Made by a program: the position numbers and the translations under genes
Part shown: positions 18,047 through 29,216 of the stretch, piece after piece
How positions within the stretch are numbered: the stretch's first letter is position 1
Layout of the letters: each line of letters starts with the position of its first letter
Source of the DNA: Syntrophales bacterium
GTDB lineage: Bacteria > Desulfobacterota > Syntrophia > Syntrophales > UBA2210
Assembly (NCBI GenBank): GCA_963666365.2
Contig: CAXXNF010000002.1
Coordinates: 2,016,001 to 2,080,000, forward strand
Length of the DNA stretch: 64,000 nucleotides
Direction of reading: 5' to 3'
The notes under the pieces: generated by a model
Told to the model about the DNA's origin: nothing
The model's database searches: none
Seen by the model: only the letters and a program-made list of their open reading frames with translations

Positions 18047-18130
18047 TCAGCGCGATCGAGCAGCAGTCCCCGTAAGTACTACTACGAGTACATATACGCT
18101 GCTAAGTACGACCCCAAACCGACCTGTCAT
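18047..18130 (-). CDS. Val/Leu-rich attenuation leader peptide MTGRFGVVLSSVYVLVVVLTGTAARSR
   Basis: 27-aa uORF with SD GAGGAG, 7 Val and 3 Leu codons; CUUACGGGGACUGCUGCUCG is complementary to the terminator 5' arm and loop. Confidence 0.85.
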   Translation of the reverse strand: MTGRFGVVLSSVYVLVVVLTGTAARSR

Positions 18131-18159
18131 TTAACACTCCTCATTATAGCTAAAGTGTG

Positions 18160-18187
18160 ACTATACGCGAAAAATATCTCTTGTCAA
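18160..18187 (-). promoter_or_regulatory. sigma70 promoter of the ilv leader
   Basis: TTGACA-16 nt-TATAGT on the minus strand. Confidence 0.65.
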
Positions 18188-18230
18188 GCATTTTTTTACT
18201 TTATTTTATTCCACACCTGCTGAACCAGTT

Positions 18231-18611
18231 TTACGTGCGTACAAGAAGATAACTGCCTCCGTCATCTCTGCGGATCTCCCAACGAGTAGACTCCATTGCC
18301 TGCTCTGCAGCGGTAACGCTGTAATCAATCCGCCATTTGTTATCACACCATACTCTGATCCTGGTAGGATGGTAATGCCAGTCGAAGACAACATTAACAC
18401 TGCCGCCTGGATCAATTGACGCTTCATCTGTATCCGTGCCATACCCGGGAGCATCAAAGTCGCTATCAATCATCACATAGGCATGCTGGTCTAACGTGTT
18501 CTTAACACTGATATTTTTATACGCCCCGCCCGCCATGAGTGGTGCCGCCGCAAATAACACAAACAGGGGGCACAATAGAAATACCGCAGTAATCTTTATC
18601 GATCTTTGCAT
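18231..18611 (-). CDS. Hypothetical secreted protein
   Basis: Signal-peptide-like N-terminus, SD GGGAGGGG, beta-rich mature part; no family recognised. Confidence 0.6.
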   Translation of the reverse strand: MQRSIKITAVFLLCPLFVLFAAAPLMAGGAYKNISVKNTLDQHAYVMIDSDFDAPGYGTDTDEASIDPGGSVNVVFDWHYHPTRIRVWCDNKWRIDYSVTAAEQAMESTRWEIRRDDGGSYLLVRT

Positions 18612-18642
18612 TTTCCCCTCCCTAATTTGTCATTTAAAATAA

Positions 18643-21081
18643 TCATCGCGACAACTCCTCCTTATCACTCTTCATAAAACTGTCGAGGTCGATTTTTTGC
18701 GAATCCGATTTTGGCGCATCACGCAGGGTCATCATATCGGTGTGAGACGGTTCGGTCCCTTCGAGAAAACACTCGAATACGCTCTCTTCCGCTCCCGGCT
18801 TTGCAAGCGTTCCCGTTTCAGGATCGATACGGGCGAATACAATCCCGTCGGGCGGCGCAAAGGATTCCACCGGTTTTGACTCAAGCGCCTTTTCCATAAA
18901 ATAGAGAAAGATGGGGCTTGCGGCACGGGAACCCGTTTCATGCCTCCCCAGGGGTCTGAGATCGTCGTATCCCACCCATACTCCCGTGACCAGTGACGGA
19001 GTAAAACCGATAAACCACGCATCGAAAAGATCGTTCGTCGTGCCCGTCTTTCCCGCCACGGGTCTTTTCAGGGCCTTCACCCGCCAGCCGGTACCGCGCT
19101 GGACCACCTCCTGAAGAAGATGACAGGTGATATAGGCAATTCTCGGATCTACCACCTGTTCAATATTGGGCTTTGTCTCCTCCAGCGCCGTCCCGTTTCT
19201 CTCAACAATTCTTTTTATGGAGAAGGGCTCGGCTCTTTTCCCGTTGTTGGCAAAAGTACTATAGGCCTTTACCATTTCGAGCAGCGTAACGCCGGAACTC
19301 CCCAGCGCCATGGAGAGATCCCGCGCAAGGGGAGAGGAAATGCCCAGGTTCCGGGCGTAGTCGGCGGCATAATCGATCCCGATATCCTTAAGCACCTTAA
19401 TCGTGACAAGATTGCGCGACTTGATAAGGGCGGTGCGCAGTGGTGTGGGACCGTAAAACTTTTCCTCGTAGTTGTGCGGCTTCCAGGAACTGTCTTTCAG
19501 CGTATCCCGAAAAATTATCGGGGTGTCCATCACTATGGATGCCGGGGTCATGCCTTTATCAAAGGCAGCGGCATAGATGAACGGCTTGAATGCGGAGCCG
19601 GGCTGGCGTCTTGCCTGTGTCGCCCGATTGAACTCACTTTTTCCATAACTTCTTCCACCCACCATTGCCTTTATTTCACCGGTTTTCGCATCCAGACAGA
19701 CAAGGGCGCCCTGGACTTCAGGCTCCTGCTCCAAGGCAAGCATAAACAGGGAATTCCCCTCCTCCTCGACAGTATCGACAATCAACGCCTCCACCACATC
19801 CCCGACCCTCACTACGTCTGCGGGGTCCTGTACCGGATCGGCCTTGTAGGCGACATCAGGATCGGGTTTTCGGGCCCAGGCCATGTCTTTCAGTACCATG
19901 GTCCCTCGATGGGCGCCCACCCTCAGGGACACAATCTTTTTCTCGCTGTTTACATCGACCACAAGGGCCTTGACGATTTCACCTTTTTCATATGCCCTGC
20001 CGCCTCCTTGTTCCATCGTAGACGTCTCCAGATAGCCGTCAAAGCGATCCAGGGGGATATGTTCCAAAGGCCCTCGATATCCCTGCCGTTTGTCCAGTTC
20101 ACGAAGTCCCCGCACGACCGCGCGGCGCGCCGCTCTCTGCATGGCCGCGTTCAGCGTCGTATACACTTCAAGCCCTTCTTTGTAGAGCACATCGCTGCTA
20201 TAGGTGGTCTGGATATAACGGCGCACATTTTCGGTAAAATAGGGGGCGATTTTTTCTTTCTCTTCATCTCTGAGCACCACAAGGGGGGCATCAATGGCGT
20301 CCTTTCGCTCTTTTTCCGTAATATACCCGTCTTCCGCCATTCTCCTGAGCACATAGATCTGCCGGTTTCGCGCCAGATCGAAATGATACAGGGGGCTGTA
20401 CCTGCTGGGCGCCTTCGGAAGTCCTGCCAGAAGCGCCGCCTCCGTGAGCGTCAATTCCTTCGCCTGTTTTCCGAAATACCGTTGCGAGGCCGATTCGACA
20501 CCATAGGCGCCGTGGCCCAGGTAAATCTGGTTCAAATAGAGGTTCAATATCTCGTACTTACTTAAATATCGCTCAATCTTACTGGAAAGCATCGCTTCCT
20601 TGAGTTTCCGAATATAACTCTTTTCCGGCGTCAGGAAGAGCGATTTGGCAACCTGCTGCGTAATGGTGCTTCCACCCTGCACAATGGCGCCGGCCTTGAG
20701 GTTCTTTAAAAAGGCCCGCACAATGCTTTGCAGGTCAATGCCGCTGTGCTGGAAAAAACGGGCGTCTTCGGCGGCCACAAAGGCCTGTATGACGAAACGG
20801 GGCAGATCCTCGATCCGGATAAGCTTACGGTCTTCGAGATAGAACTGGTCGATCAACTCGCTGTCGTCGTCATAGACGCGGGTGATGATGCTGGGCCGGT
20901 AATCCTTCAGTGCCGCAATGCTGGGAAGATCGTTGTTGAGAGAGTAAAGTGTCCATGCTCCGAAGGCAGCGACGATGACAGCGGCAAGAAAAAGGCCGAT
21001 CAGAAGTTTTATGATTAGAGATGCTGCCGACCTTTTCTTTTTACCGGCATCGTCTCCCTCCAATTTATTCCTTTTCTTCAT
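18643..21081 (-). CDS. mrcA: Penicillin-binding protein 1A
   Basis: EDARFFQH, GGSTITQQ, RKLKE transglycosylase motifs; SAFK, SRN, KTGT transpeptidase motifs. Confidence 0.95.
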   Translation of the reverse strand: MKKRNKLEGDDAGKKKRSAASLIIKLLIGLFLAAVIVAAFGAWTLYSLNNDLPSIAALKDYRPSIITRVYDDDSELIDQFYLEDRKLIRIEDLPRFVIQAFVAAEDARFFQHSGIDLQSIVRAFLKNLKAGAIVQGGSTITQQVAKSLFLTPEKSYIRKLKEAMLSSKIERYLSKYEILNLYLNQIYLGHGAYGVESASQRYFGKQAKELTLTEAALLAGLPKAPSRYSPLYHFDLARNRQIYVLRRMAEDGYITEKERKDAIDAPLVVLRDEEKEKIAPYFTENVRRYIQTTYSSDVLYKEGLEVYTTLNAAMQRAARRAVVRGLRELDKRQGYRGPLEHIPLDRFDGYLETSTMEQGGGRAYEKGEIVKALVVDVNSEKKIVSLRVGAHRGTMVLKDMAWARKPDPDVAYKADPVQDPADVVRVGDVVEALIVDTVEEEGNSLFMLALEQEPEVQGALVCLDAKTGEIKAMVGGRSYGKSEFNRATQARRQPGSAFKPFIYAAAFDKGMTPASIVMDTPIIFRDTLKDSSWKPHNYEEKFYGPTPLRTALIKSRNLVTIKVLKDIGIDYAADYARNLGISSPLARDLSMALGSSGVTLLEMVKAYSTFANNGKRAEPFSIKRIVERNGTALEETKPNIEQVVDPRIAYITCHLLQEVVQRGTGWRVKALKRPVAGKTGTTNDLFDAWFIGFTPSLVTGVWVGYDDLRPLGRHETGSRAASPIFLYFMEKALESKPVESFAPPDGIVFARIDPETGTLAKPGAEESVFECFLEGTEPSHTDMMTLRDAPKSDSQKIDLDSFMKSDKEELSR

Positions 21082-21847
21082 GCTCCTCGCCGGACCCCTC
21101 TTTATTGAGTGCCCCCCCTTTCTTCTCTCCCATCCTGACGACCCACACGCTGATTTCGTAAAGAATGATCAGCGGCACCGCCATCATGCATTGCGTCACT
21201 ACATCGGGAGGGGTCAAAAGCGCAGCGGTTATGAAGGTGAGAAGAATAGCATATTTTCTCTTCTTGATCAACGTCGTGGAATCCACCAGACCAATGCGGG
21301 CGATAAAAAACATAAAGATAGGAAGTTCAAAGATGACCCCGAAGGCAAGCAGAAGCTTCATCGAAAAGGCAAGATACTCCTTCATGGAAAGCATCGGTTT
21401 TATCAGATCGGTTCCGAAGGCCACAAAAAATTTAAACCCCAGAGGAAAGACCAGAAAGTACGCAAAACAGGCGCCGCCGACAAAAAACAGGGTGGAAAAT
21501 GCCACAAAGGGCACAACATATTTTTTTTCCGACTGATAGAGGCCGGGAGATACAAATTGCCATATCTGATACAGGACGAAGGGGCTTACCAGAAATATGC
21601 CAGCAAAAAACGAGATCTTGAGGTAGGTAAAAAAGGCCTCGGGAAGACTTGTAAAGATCATGGCGCTCCCCTCAGGCATTATGTCGGCAAGGGGAAGCAG
21701 AAGGAGTGAAAAGAGCCGCTCCTTGAAAAAATAGCATGCCACGAAACCGATCCCGATTGCCGCCAGACTTTTCATCAGCCGGCTGCGCAGCTCATCCAGG
21801 TGGGAGGTAAAGGGCATTTTTTCTTCGTCAATAGCAGTATTTTCCAT
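21065..21847 (-). CDS. tatC: Twin-arginine translocase subunit TatC
   Basis: HLDELRSRL, QIWQFVSPGLY..EK, FELP, LTPPD. Confidence 0.95.
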   Translation of the reverse strand: MENTAIDEEKMPFTSHLDELRSRLMKSLAAIGIGFVACYFFKERLFSLLLLPLADIMPEGSAMIFTSLPEAFFTYLKISFFAGIFLVSPFVLYQIWQFVSPGLYQSEKKYVVPFVAFSTLFFVGGACFAYFLVFPLGFKFFVAFGTDLIKPMLSMKEYLAFSMKLLLAFGVIFELPIFMFFIARIGLVDSTTLIKKRKYAILLTFITAALLTPPDVVTQCMMAVPLIILYEISVWVVRMGEKKGGALNKEGSGEEHEEKE

Positions 21848-21898
21848 GGGCGGATGCTTTTATCAGGCTAATCTGTGAATTTGCAGGAAATGAACCAC

Positions 21899-22159
21899 TC
21901 ATTGCTCCTTCTTTTCGGCACTTTTTGTATCACCCTTTTCCTTATCGCCTGTGCCGTACAGAAGGGAGTCCTTGATTTCGCTTGCATCATCTTTAAATTT
22001 ATCGACATTGATCGATTCTTTCACATCATCGGTGGCCCGCCGGAACTCGGCCAACCCCTTTCCCAGAGATTTTGCCAGGTCGGGCAGTTTTTTAGGACCG
22101 ATGATGATCAGGGCAACTATTAAAATTACAATTAGTTCAGGCATTCCGATGCCAAACAT
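21899..22159 (-). CDS. tatA: Twin-arginine translocase TatA/TatB family subunit
   Basis: [40 protein letters not shown]. Confidence 0.85.
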   Translation of the reverse strand: MFGIGMPELIVILIVALIIIGPKKLPDLAKSLGKGLAEFRRATDDVKESINVDKFKDDASEIKDSLLYGTGDKEKGDTKSAEKKEQ

Positions 22160-22187
22160 ACCAATCCCTCGTTTCGTAAGATAGGTG

Positions 22188-22217
22188 ACTATATATTCAG
22201 TGTTCCTTCCTTGTCAA
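22188..22217 (-). promoter_or_regulatory. sigma70 promoter of tatA-tatC-mrcA
   Basis: TTGACA-18 nt-TATAGT on the minus strand. Confidence 0.5.
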
Positions 22218-22381
22218 TCTGTTTCATGGCCTCATTGATGAAGAGGGCGCCTGCAGCGGCTGTTCAAATAATATTTCATTCTGCAATCAATATAGCAAGG
22301 ATTCTTTTTAAATCGGCCCTTCTCGGTTTGCATTTCAATCCGGCTTGTGATAAAAAAATCCGTCATTTATCAGGGGGTCTT

Positions 22382-23458
22382 ATGGAGTCTCGGGTGTGTT
22401 CCCGCACAGGCATTGTAGTCGATGAACGGTATCTCCGCCATGATCCAGGCGCCTACCACCCGGAAGCATCTCAGCGACTTGAAGCCATATATGAAATGCT
22501 CGAGACCTCTGAGATGCGATCCGCATTCACTCGCATCACACCGCGAATGGCTTTGGTTGAAGAGATTGAAATGATCCACCGGTCTTCTTATATTGCACGT
22601 GTGGCCGCGACTGCCGGGAAAAAATCCACAACCCTGGATCCCGACACGGTGACATCTTCGGATTCCTACGAAGTGGCGCTGCTTGCCGCCGGCGGGCTTC
22701 TCAGCGCGGTGGACGCCATCATGGCGGGAAACCTCGGAAACGCCTTTGCACTGATACGACCTCCGGGACACCATGCCGAGTCAAATCGTTCGGCCGGGTT
22801 TTGCCTCTTTAACAACGTGGCCATTGCCGCCGCTTATGCGCGGGCAACCTACGGACTTACACGAATTCTTATTGTCGACTGGGATCTTCACCACGGCAAC
22901 GGCACCCAGCACGCCTTTTATGAAAGTCCGGAGGTGCTGTACTTCTCGACCCATCAATACCCCTTTTATCCCGGGTCGGGCAGCATCAATGAGACAGGTC
23001 GGGGGAAGGGGGAAGGATACACGATAAATGTACCGCTTCCCCGGAGGCAGGGTGACGGGGAATTTCTCACTATTTACAAAAAGATCCTCGAACCCGTGGC
23101 AGTCGCCTTCAACCCCCAGTTCGTGCTCGTTTCGGCCGGCTTTGACATCTGCGCAAAGGATCGTCTCGGCGGAATGATGAAGGTGTCGCCGCAGGGATTT
23201 GCCGCCCTGACCCGCGTGGTGCTCGACATTGCGCAGCACTGCTGCGGGGGACGCCTGGCGGTCACTCTGGAAGGCGGATACAACATCGAGGCGATGACCC
23301 GGTCCATCGAGGCGGTCCTGATGGAGATGAGCGGATGGGTTCACACATCGACGGACTATCTCGAGGCGACAGTGAAAGAGGCCGATCCGTCAGTGGACGC
23401 ACTCATTGCAAAGGTTATAAATAGAATCGCTCCCTATTGGAATGTAGTTAATCATTAA
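22382..23458 (+). CDS. Histone deacetylase family (class II-like) protein deacetylase/amidohydrolase
   Basis: HPE...RL, RPPGHHA, GFCLFNNVA, DWDLHHGNGTQ, SAGFD, LEGGY. Confidence 0.92.
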   Translation: MESRVCSRTGIVVDERYLRHDPGAYHPEASQRLEAIYEMLETSEMRSAFTRITPRMALVEEIEMIHRSSYIARVAATAGKKSTTLDPDTVTSSDSYEVALLAAGGLLSAVDAIMAGNLGNAFALIRPPGHHAESNRSAGFCLFNNVAIAAAYARATYGLTRILIVDWDLHHGNGTQHAFYESPEVLYFSTHQYPFYPGSGSINETGRGKGEGYTINVPLPRRQGDGEFLTIYKKILEPVAVAFNPQFVLVSAGFDICAKDRLGGMMKVSPQGFAALTRVVLDIAQHCCGGRLAVTLEGGYNIEAMTRSIEAVLMEMSGWVHTSTDYLEATVKEADPSVDALIAKVINRIAPYWNVVNH

Positions 23459-23489
23459 TGTAATCACGTCACACAGGAGGAAGGGACTT

Positions 23490-23777
23490 TTGAAGATAAC
23501 AAAAAACGAGGTCGCCTACGTGGCTCATTTGGCGCGCCTTAATTTCACCGATGAAGAAAACGAAAAATTCACTTCACAGCTTAACGATATCCTGCTCTAC
23601 ATGGATATCCTCAATAAGGTCGACACCACCGGAGTAAAACCGCTGACCCATGCAATTGCCCTCACCAATGCATTCAGAGACGATGAGGAAAAGGGGTCGC
23701 TTCCCATTGAAATATCGCTGGCTAATGCGCCCGATGATGACGGAGCCTCTTTCAAGGTTCCCAAGGTTATTGAATGA
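23490..23777 (+). CDS. gatC: Asp/Glu-tRNA amidotransferase subunit C
   Basis: VAHLARL...[11 protein letters not shown] start. Confidence 0.93.
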   Translation: MKITKNEVAYVAHLARLNFTDEENEKFTSQLNDILLYMDILNKVDTTGVKPLTHAIALTNAFRDDEEKGSLPIEISLANAPDDDGASFKVPKVIE

Positions 23778-23785
23778 GGAATCCC

Positions 23786-25243
23786 ATGAAACTTTACGAA
23801 TCGACGATTCACGAATTAGAAAAGAAATTGCGTAACGGCGACACATCCTCGGTGGATATCACTGCCTCGGTCTTTGAACGAATTGAAGCCGTTGAGGAAA
23901 GGGTTCATTCCTACATCACAATTCTGAAAGAGGAGGCCCTTGAAACTGCCCGCAGGGCCGATGAAGCACTACAAAAGGGAAACGCTTCCCCCCTTATGGG
24001 GATCCCCATCGCCATAAAGGATCTTCTTTGCACCAGGGGGATCAGGACCACCTGCGGTTCCCATATACTGCACAACTTCATACCCCCCTACGATGCCACG
24101 GTGATCACAAAGCTGAAAGAGGCGGGCGCCGTATTTCCGGGTAAAACCAATATGGATGAGTTTGCCATGGGATCATCGACGGAGACTTCCTATTTCGGCA
24201 TTACACGAAACCCCTGGGATCTGGAAAGAATCCCCGGAGGTTCCAGCGGCGGTTCAGCGGCAGCCGTTGCCGCTGACGAATGCATCGCCTCTCTCGGTTC
24301 GGATACGGGTGGTTCCATTCGGCAGCCGGCGGCGCTCTGCGGCGTTGTGGGGTTAAAGCCGACCTACGGAAGGGTTTCCCGCTTCGGTCTCGTTGCCTTT
24401 GCATCGTCGCTGGATCAGATCGGCCCTTTCACCAAAGATGTGGAAGACTGCGCTATCATGATGAATGCGATCGCGGGATATGATCCGAAGGAATCCACCT
24501 CCGTCCCCATTGAGGTTCCCGACTATCGGAGCTTTGTAAACAGAGACATCGAAGGCTGGACCATCGGCATCCCCAGGGAATATTTTATCGAGGGAATCGA
24601 TTCGGAAATAACGGCTGCCGTTGACAGGGCCATTGCCTCCATTGAAAAGCTCGGCGCAAAGTGCCTCGACATTTCTCTTCCCCACAGCCGCTATGGCGTT
24701 GCCGCCTATTACGTGGTGGCGCCCGCCGAGGCAAGCTCGAATCTTGCCCGTTATGACGGCGTGAAATACGGCTTCAGGGCGCCCGGGAACCACGACCTCA
24801 TGGATATGTATAAGATGAGCCGTTCCGCGGGATTCGGCGCCGAAGTCAAGAGAAGGATCATGATCGGCACCTATGCCCTCTCCTCGGGATACTACGACGC
24901 CTACTATAAAAAGGCGTCAAAGATCCGCGCACTCATGAAGCAGGATTTTGACGAGGCCTTCAAAACCTGCGACGTGATTCTTACACCCACAACCCCCACG
25001 CCGGCCTTCAAGGTTGGTGAAAAAACGGATGATCCCCTTCAGATGTACCTTTCCGATGTTTTTACCCTTCCCGTAAATCTCGCAGGTATTCCGGGGATAT
25101 CCATTCCCTGCGGGCACACGGAACGCGGCCTGCCGATCGGCATGCAACTCATGGCGGGACACTTTCAGGAAGGCACACTGATTCAGGCCGCTGCTGCCTT
25201 TGAACGGCATCTCAAAACAGAAAAAAGGAGACCTTTGCTATAA
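23786..25243 (+). CDS. gatA: Asp/Glu-tRNA amidotransferase subunit A
   Basis: [39 protein letters not shown]. Confidence 0.96.
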   Translation: MKLYESTIHELEKKLRNGDTSSVDITASVFERIEAVEERVHSYITILKEEALETARRADEALQKGNASPLMGIPIAIKDLLCTRGIRTTCGSHILHNFIPPYDATVITKLKEAGAVFPGKTNMDEFAMGSSTETSYFGITRNPWDLERIPGGSSGGSAAAVAADECIASLGSDTGGSIRQPAALCGVVGLKPTYGRVSRFGLVAFASSLDQIGPFTKDVEDCAIMMNAIAGYDPKESTSVPIEVPDYRSFVNRDIEGWTIGIPREYFIEGIDSEITAAVDRAIASIEKLGAKCLDISLPHSRYGVAAYYVVAPAEASSNLARYDGVKYGFRAPGNHDLMDMYKMSRSAGFGAEVKRRIMIGTYALSSGYYDAYYKKASKIRALMKQDFDEAFKTCDVILTPTTPTPAFKVGEKTDDPLQMYLSDVFTLPVNLAGIPGISIPCGHTERGLPIGMQLMAGHFQEGTLIQAAAAFERHLKTEKRRPLL

Positions 25244-26672
25244 TGGAATATGAACCGGTAATAGGGCTTGAAGTACACGCCCAGCTCCTCACGAACACCA
25301 AGATATTCTGCGGCTGTTCCACCCGTTTCGGTGCCGCGCCCAACAGTCACACCTGTCCGGTGTGCCTCGGCATGCCCGGCGTGCTGCCGGTGCTTAACAA
25401 GAAAGTGGTCGAATTTGCCATGAAAATGGCCCTGGCAACGAATTGCCGCATCAATCCCTCCAATGTGTGGGCGCGAAAAAATTATTTTTATCCCGATCTT
25501 CCAAAGGGCTATCAGATATCCCAGTACGCCTACCCACTGGCCGAGCATGGCTACGTCGATGTGGATGCCGACGGCGCAAAGAAAAGAATCGGCATCACCC
25601 GGATTCACATGGAAGAGGATGCGGGTAAATTGATTCACGACGAGAGCACGCCGGTAAGCTTCGTCGATTTCAACCGTACCGGAGTGCCGCTGATAGAGAT
25701 TGTAAGCGAACCGGATATGCGAAGTCCCGAGGAAGGGGCAGAATATCTGCGAAGACTGCACGAAATCCTCGTATACCTGGAGATCTGCGACGGCAATATG
25801 GAGGAGGGAAGCTTCCGATGCGATGCCAATGTATCGCTTCGACCCAAGGGCCGGGAAGAATTCGGCACCAGGGCTGAGTTGAAGAACATGAACTCCTTCA
25901 GAAACGTGCAGCGGGCACTGGAGTATGAAATAAAGCGCCAGCAGTATATCCTGGAAAGCGGAGGTTCAGTGGTGCAGGAAACCCGCCTCTGGGATGATGC
26001 GCAGGGGGTCACCCATTCCATGCGCGGCAAGGAAGAGGCCCATGACTATCGATACTTCCCCGACCCCGATCTTGTGCCCGTCGTCGTCTCCGATCAATGG
26101 ATCGAGGAGGTGCGGGCATGTCTGCCCGAACTTCCTCTGGTAAAGCGGGAGCGCTTTATCAGAGACTACGAGATTCCCCCCTATGATGCGGGCGTCCTCA
26201 CGGCTTCACGGGCCCTTGCCGACTATTATGAAGCGACGGCTGCACGCTGCGGCAAGCCGAAGAGTGCCAGCAACTGGGTAATGGGCGACATCCTGGGCCA
26301 CCTCAAGGAGGACAAGCTTTTCATGTCGGAGTGCCCCATCACACCTCAATCGCTGGGAGACATGATCGGTCTGATAGAAGACGGCACCATCAGCGGCAAG
26401 ATCGCAAAGGATGTATTCGAAGAAATGTGGAGATCCGGCAAGGAACCGAAGATCATAATAGAGGAAAAGGGGCTGGTGCAGATTACCGATGCCGGGGCCC
26501 TCGAAGCGGCCATCGCCGAGGTTCTTAAGGCAAATCCCTCTCAGCTTGCGGAGTACCGGCAGGGCAAAGACAAGCTTTTCGGATTCTTTGTGGGACAGAC
26601 CATGAAGGCGACCAAAGGGAAGGCAAATCCAACGCTTGTGAATGAAATTTTAAAAAAGAAGCTTTCCGAAAG

Positions 26673-26676
<4 letters not shown>
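25243..26676 (+). CDS. gatB: Asp/Glu-tRNA amidotransferase subunit B
   Basis: [41 protein letters not shown]. Confidence 0.97.
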
Positions 26677-27713
<1,037 letters not shown>

Positions 27714-27726
27714 GAATCGTTTTATC

Positions 27727-28341
27727 ATGAAGAATCTCTATCTTTTCGATTTCGACGGGGTCATTGTCGATTCTCTCGATCTCTATGAACATTCGATCCG
27801 TACCTGCCTTGAAGCAATCAATCGGCCCATTATTCAGACACGGGAAGATTTCCTGGATCTGTTTGAGGAAAATTTCTACGAGGCGATCGAGAAAAAGGGG
27901 GTTTCGCTGGAGGCGTTTGCACGGGCTTCCGCATCAATTGCTTCCTCCATCGATTATGCCCAGGTCCGCGTTATTCAGGAAGTAAAACCCCTGCTGCAAC
28001 AACTTTCCGGCGCCAATGTTCTCGTCGTCATTACTTCGAACAGGAAAGAAGTGGTGGAAAACACCCTTCGCCGGGAGCACATGGCCAGTCATTTTATCGA
28101 CATTCTGGGCGCCGATTTCATGTTGAGCAAAACCGCAAAGATCACCTACGCCATGGATCGATGGAATAAAAGTCCGGCCGAGACATTCTACATAGGCGAC
28201 ACGGCCGGCGATATAAGAGAAGCAAAATCAGCCGGGGTGCATACCGTCGCAGTGACCTGGGGCTGGCACCCGGAAGCGCGGCTTCAGGTCGCCGGGGCCG
28301 AGTACGTGGCACGAACACCGGGAGATCTGCTCCTCCTGTAA
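27727..28341 (+). CDS. HAD-family hydrolase (phosphoglycolate phosphatase-like)
   Basis: FDFDGVIVDS, ITSN, YIGDTAGDI, VTWG. Confidence 0.88.
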   Translation: MKNLYLFDFDGVIVDSLDLYEHSIRTCLEAINRPIIQTREDFLDLFEENFYEAIEKKGVSLEAFARASASIASSIDYAQVRVIQEVKPLLQQLSGANVLVVITSNRKEVVENTLRREHMASHFIDILGADFMLSKTAKITYAMDRWNKSPAETFYIGDTAGDIREAKSAGVHTVAVTWGWHPEARLQVAGAEYVARTPGDLLLL

Positions 28342-28391
28342 CTGAAAAACGGGAAGAGAAGGACTGTTCCTCTTCCCGCGTCACGAGTGCA

Positions 28392-29177
28392 CTAGCGTCG
28401 TGTTATCGGGGTAGAGGTAAGATGGAATCCCCCGTCCAGGATCAGGGTCTCTCCCGTCACAAGAGGCGCCCCTGTGATAAAATACATAATCGCCTCTGCC
28501 ACCGTTTCGGGCGTCGCCGTCATGCGAAGCGGCGTCGTAGATTCCAGGTATTGCTTCGTAAATTCATAGGTTTCTTCTCCCATACCCTCGCGAAGCCAGT
28601 TCCCCTGAATAAACCCGGGGCATACAGCATTCATTCTGATTTCCGGACCGAGCACACGGGCAAGCGAAAGCGTCATGGTAATCAGCGCCCCCTTGGAGGC
28701 GGCATAGGCAACGGAACTTCCTATGCCCGTTACTCCTGCGATGGAAGCTACATTTACAATCGATCCCTTCCCGGCCTCTTTCATATGGGGCGCCGCGGCG
28801 CGGACCATCTGATAGACCCCGACGACATTGATCCCATAAATATACAAAAAGTCTTCTTTTGATAGACCCTCCAGATTGTCATGGGCACAGAATTTGGTGG
28901 TTCCCGCATTGTTGACCAGAATGTCAAGACGTCCCCACTTTTTTACCGCTTCCGCAACCATCCGCCGACAGTCTCCATCATCGGCCACATCGGCCTTACA
29001 GAGCAGTGTGTCTGCCCCGAATCCTCTGCAAAGCTCTTCGACCTCCCGTGCCTGGGCATCGCTTTTCGAGTAATTGATGACTACATTGCACCCTTTTTCC
29101 GCACACATTTTTGCCGTGGCCGCGCCCACACCCCGCGCCGATCCGGTTACAATGGCCACATTGCCGGAAATATCCAT
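28392..29177 (-). CDS. SDR family oxidoreductase
   Basis: TGSARGVG, NNAG, YAASK. Confidence 0.9.
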   Translation of the reverse strand: MDISGNVAIVTGSARGVGAATAKMCAEKGCNVVINYSKSDAQAREVEELCRGFGADTLLCKADVADDGDCRRMVAEAVKKWGRLDILVNNAGTTKFCAHDNLEGLSKEDFLYIYGINVVGVYQMVRAAAPHMKEAGKGSIVNVASIAGVTGIGSSVAYAASKGALITMTLSLARVLGPEIRMNAVCPGFIQGNWLREGMGEETYEFTKQYLESTTPLRMTATPETVAEAIMYFITGAPLVTGETLILDGGFHLTSTPITRR

Positions 29178-29216
29178 TCAGTATCTCCTTTCATACGAGG
29201 GATTGTTCTTCTTACG

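Noticed and set aside
19120..20565. 481-aa plus-strand ORF
   Set aside because: Antisense shadow of PBP1A
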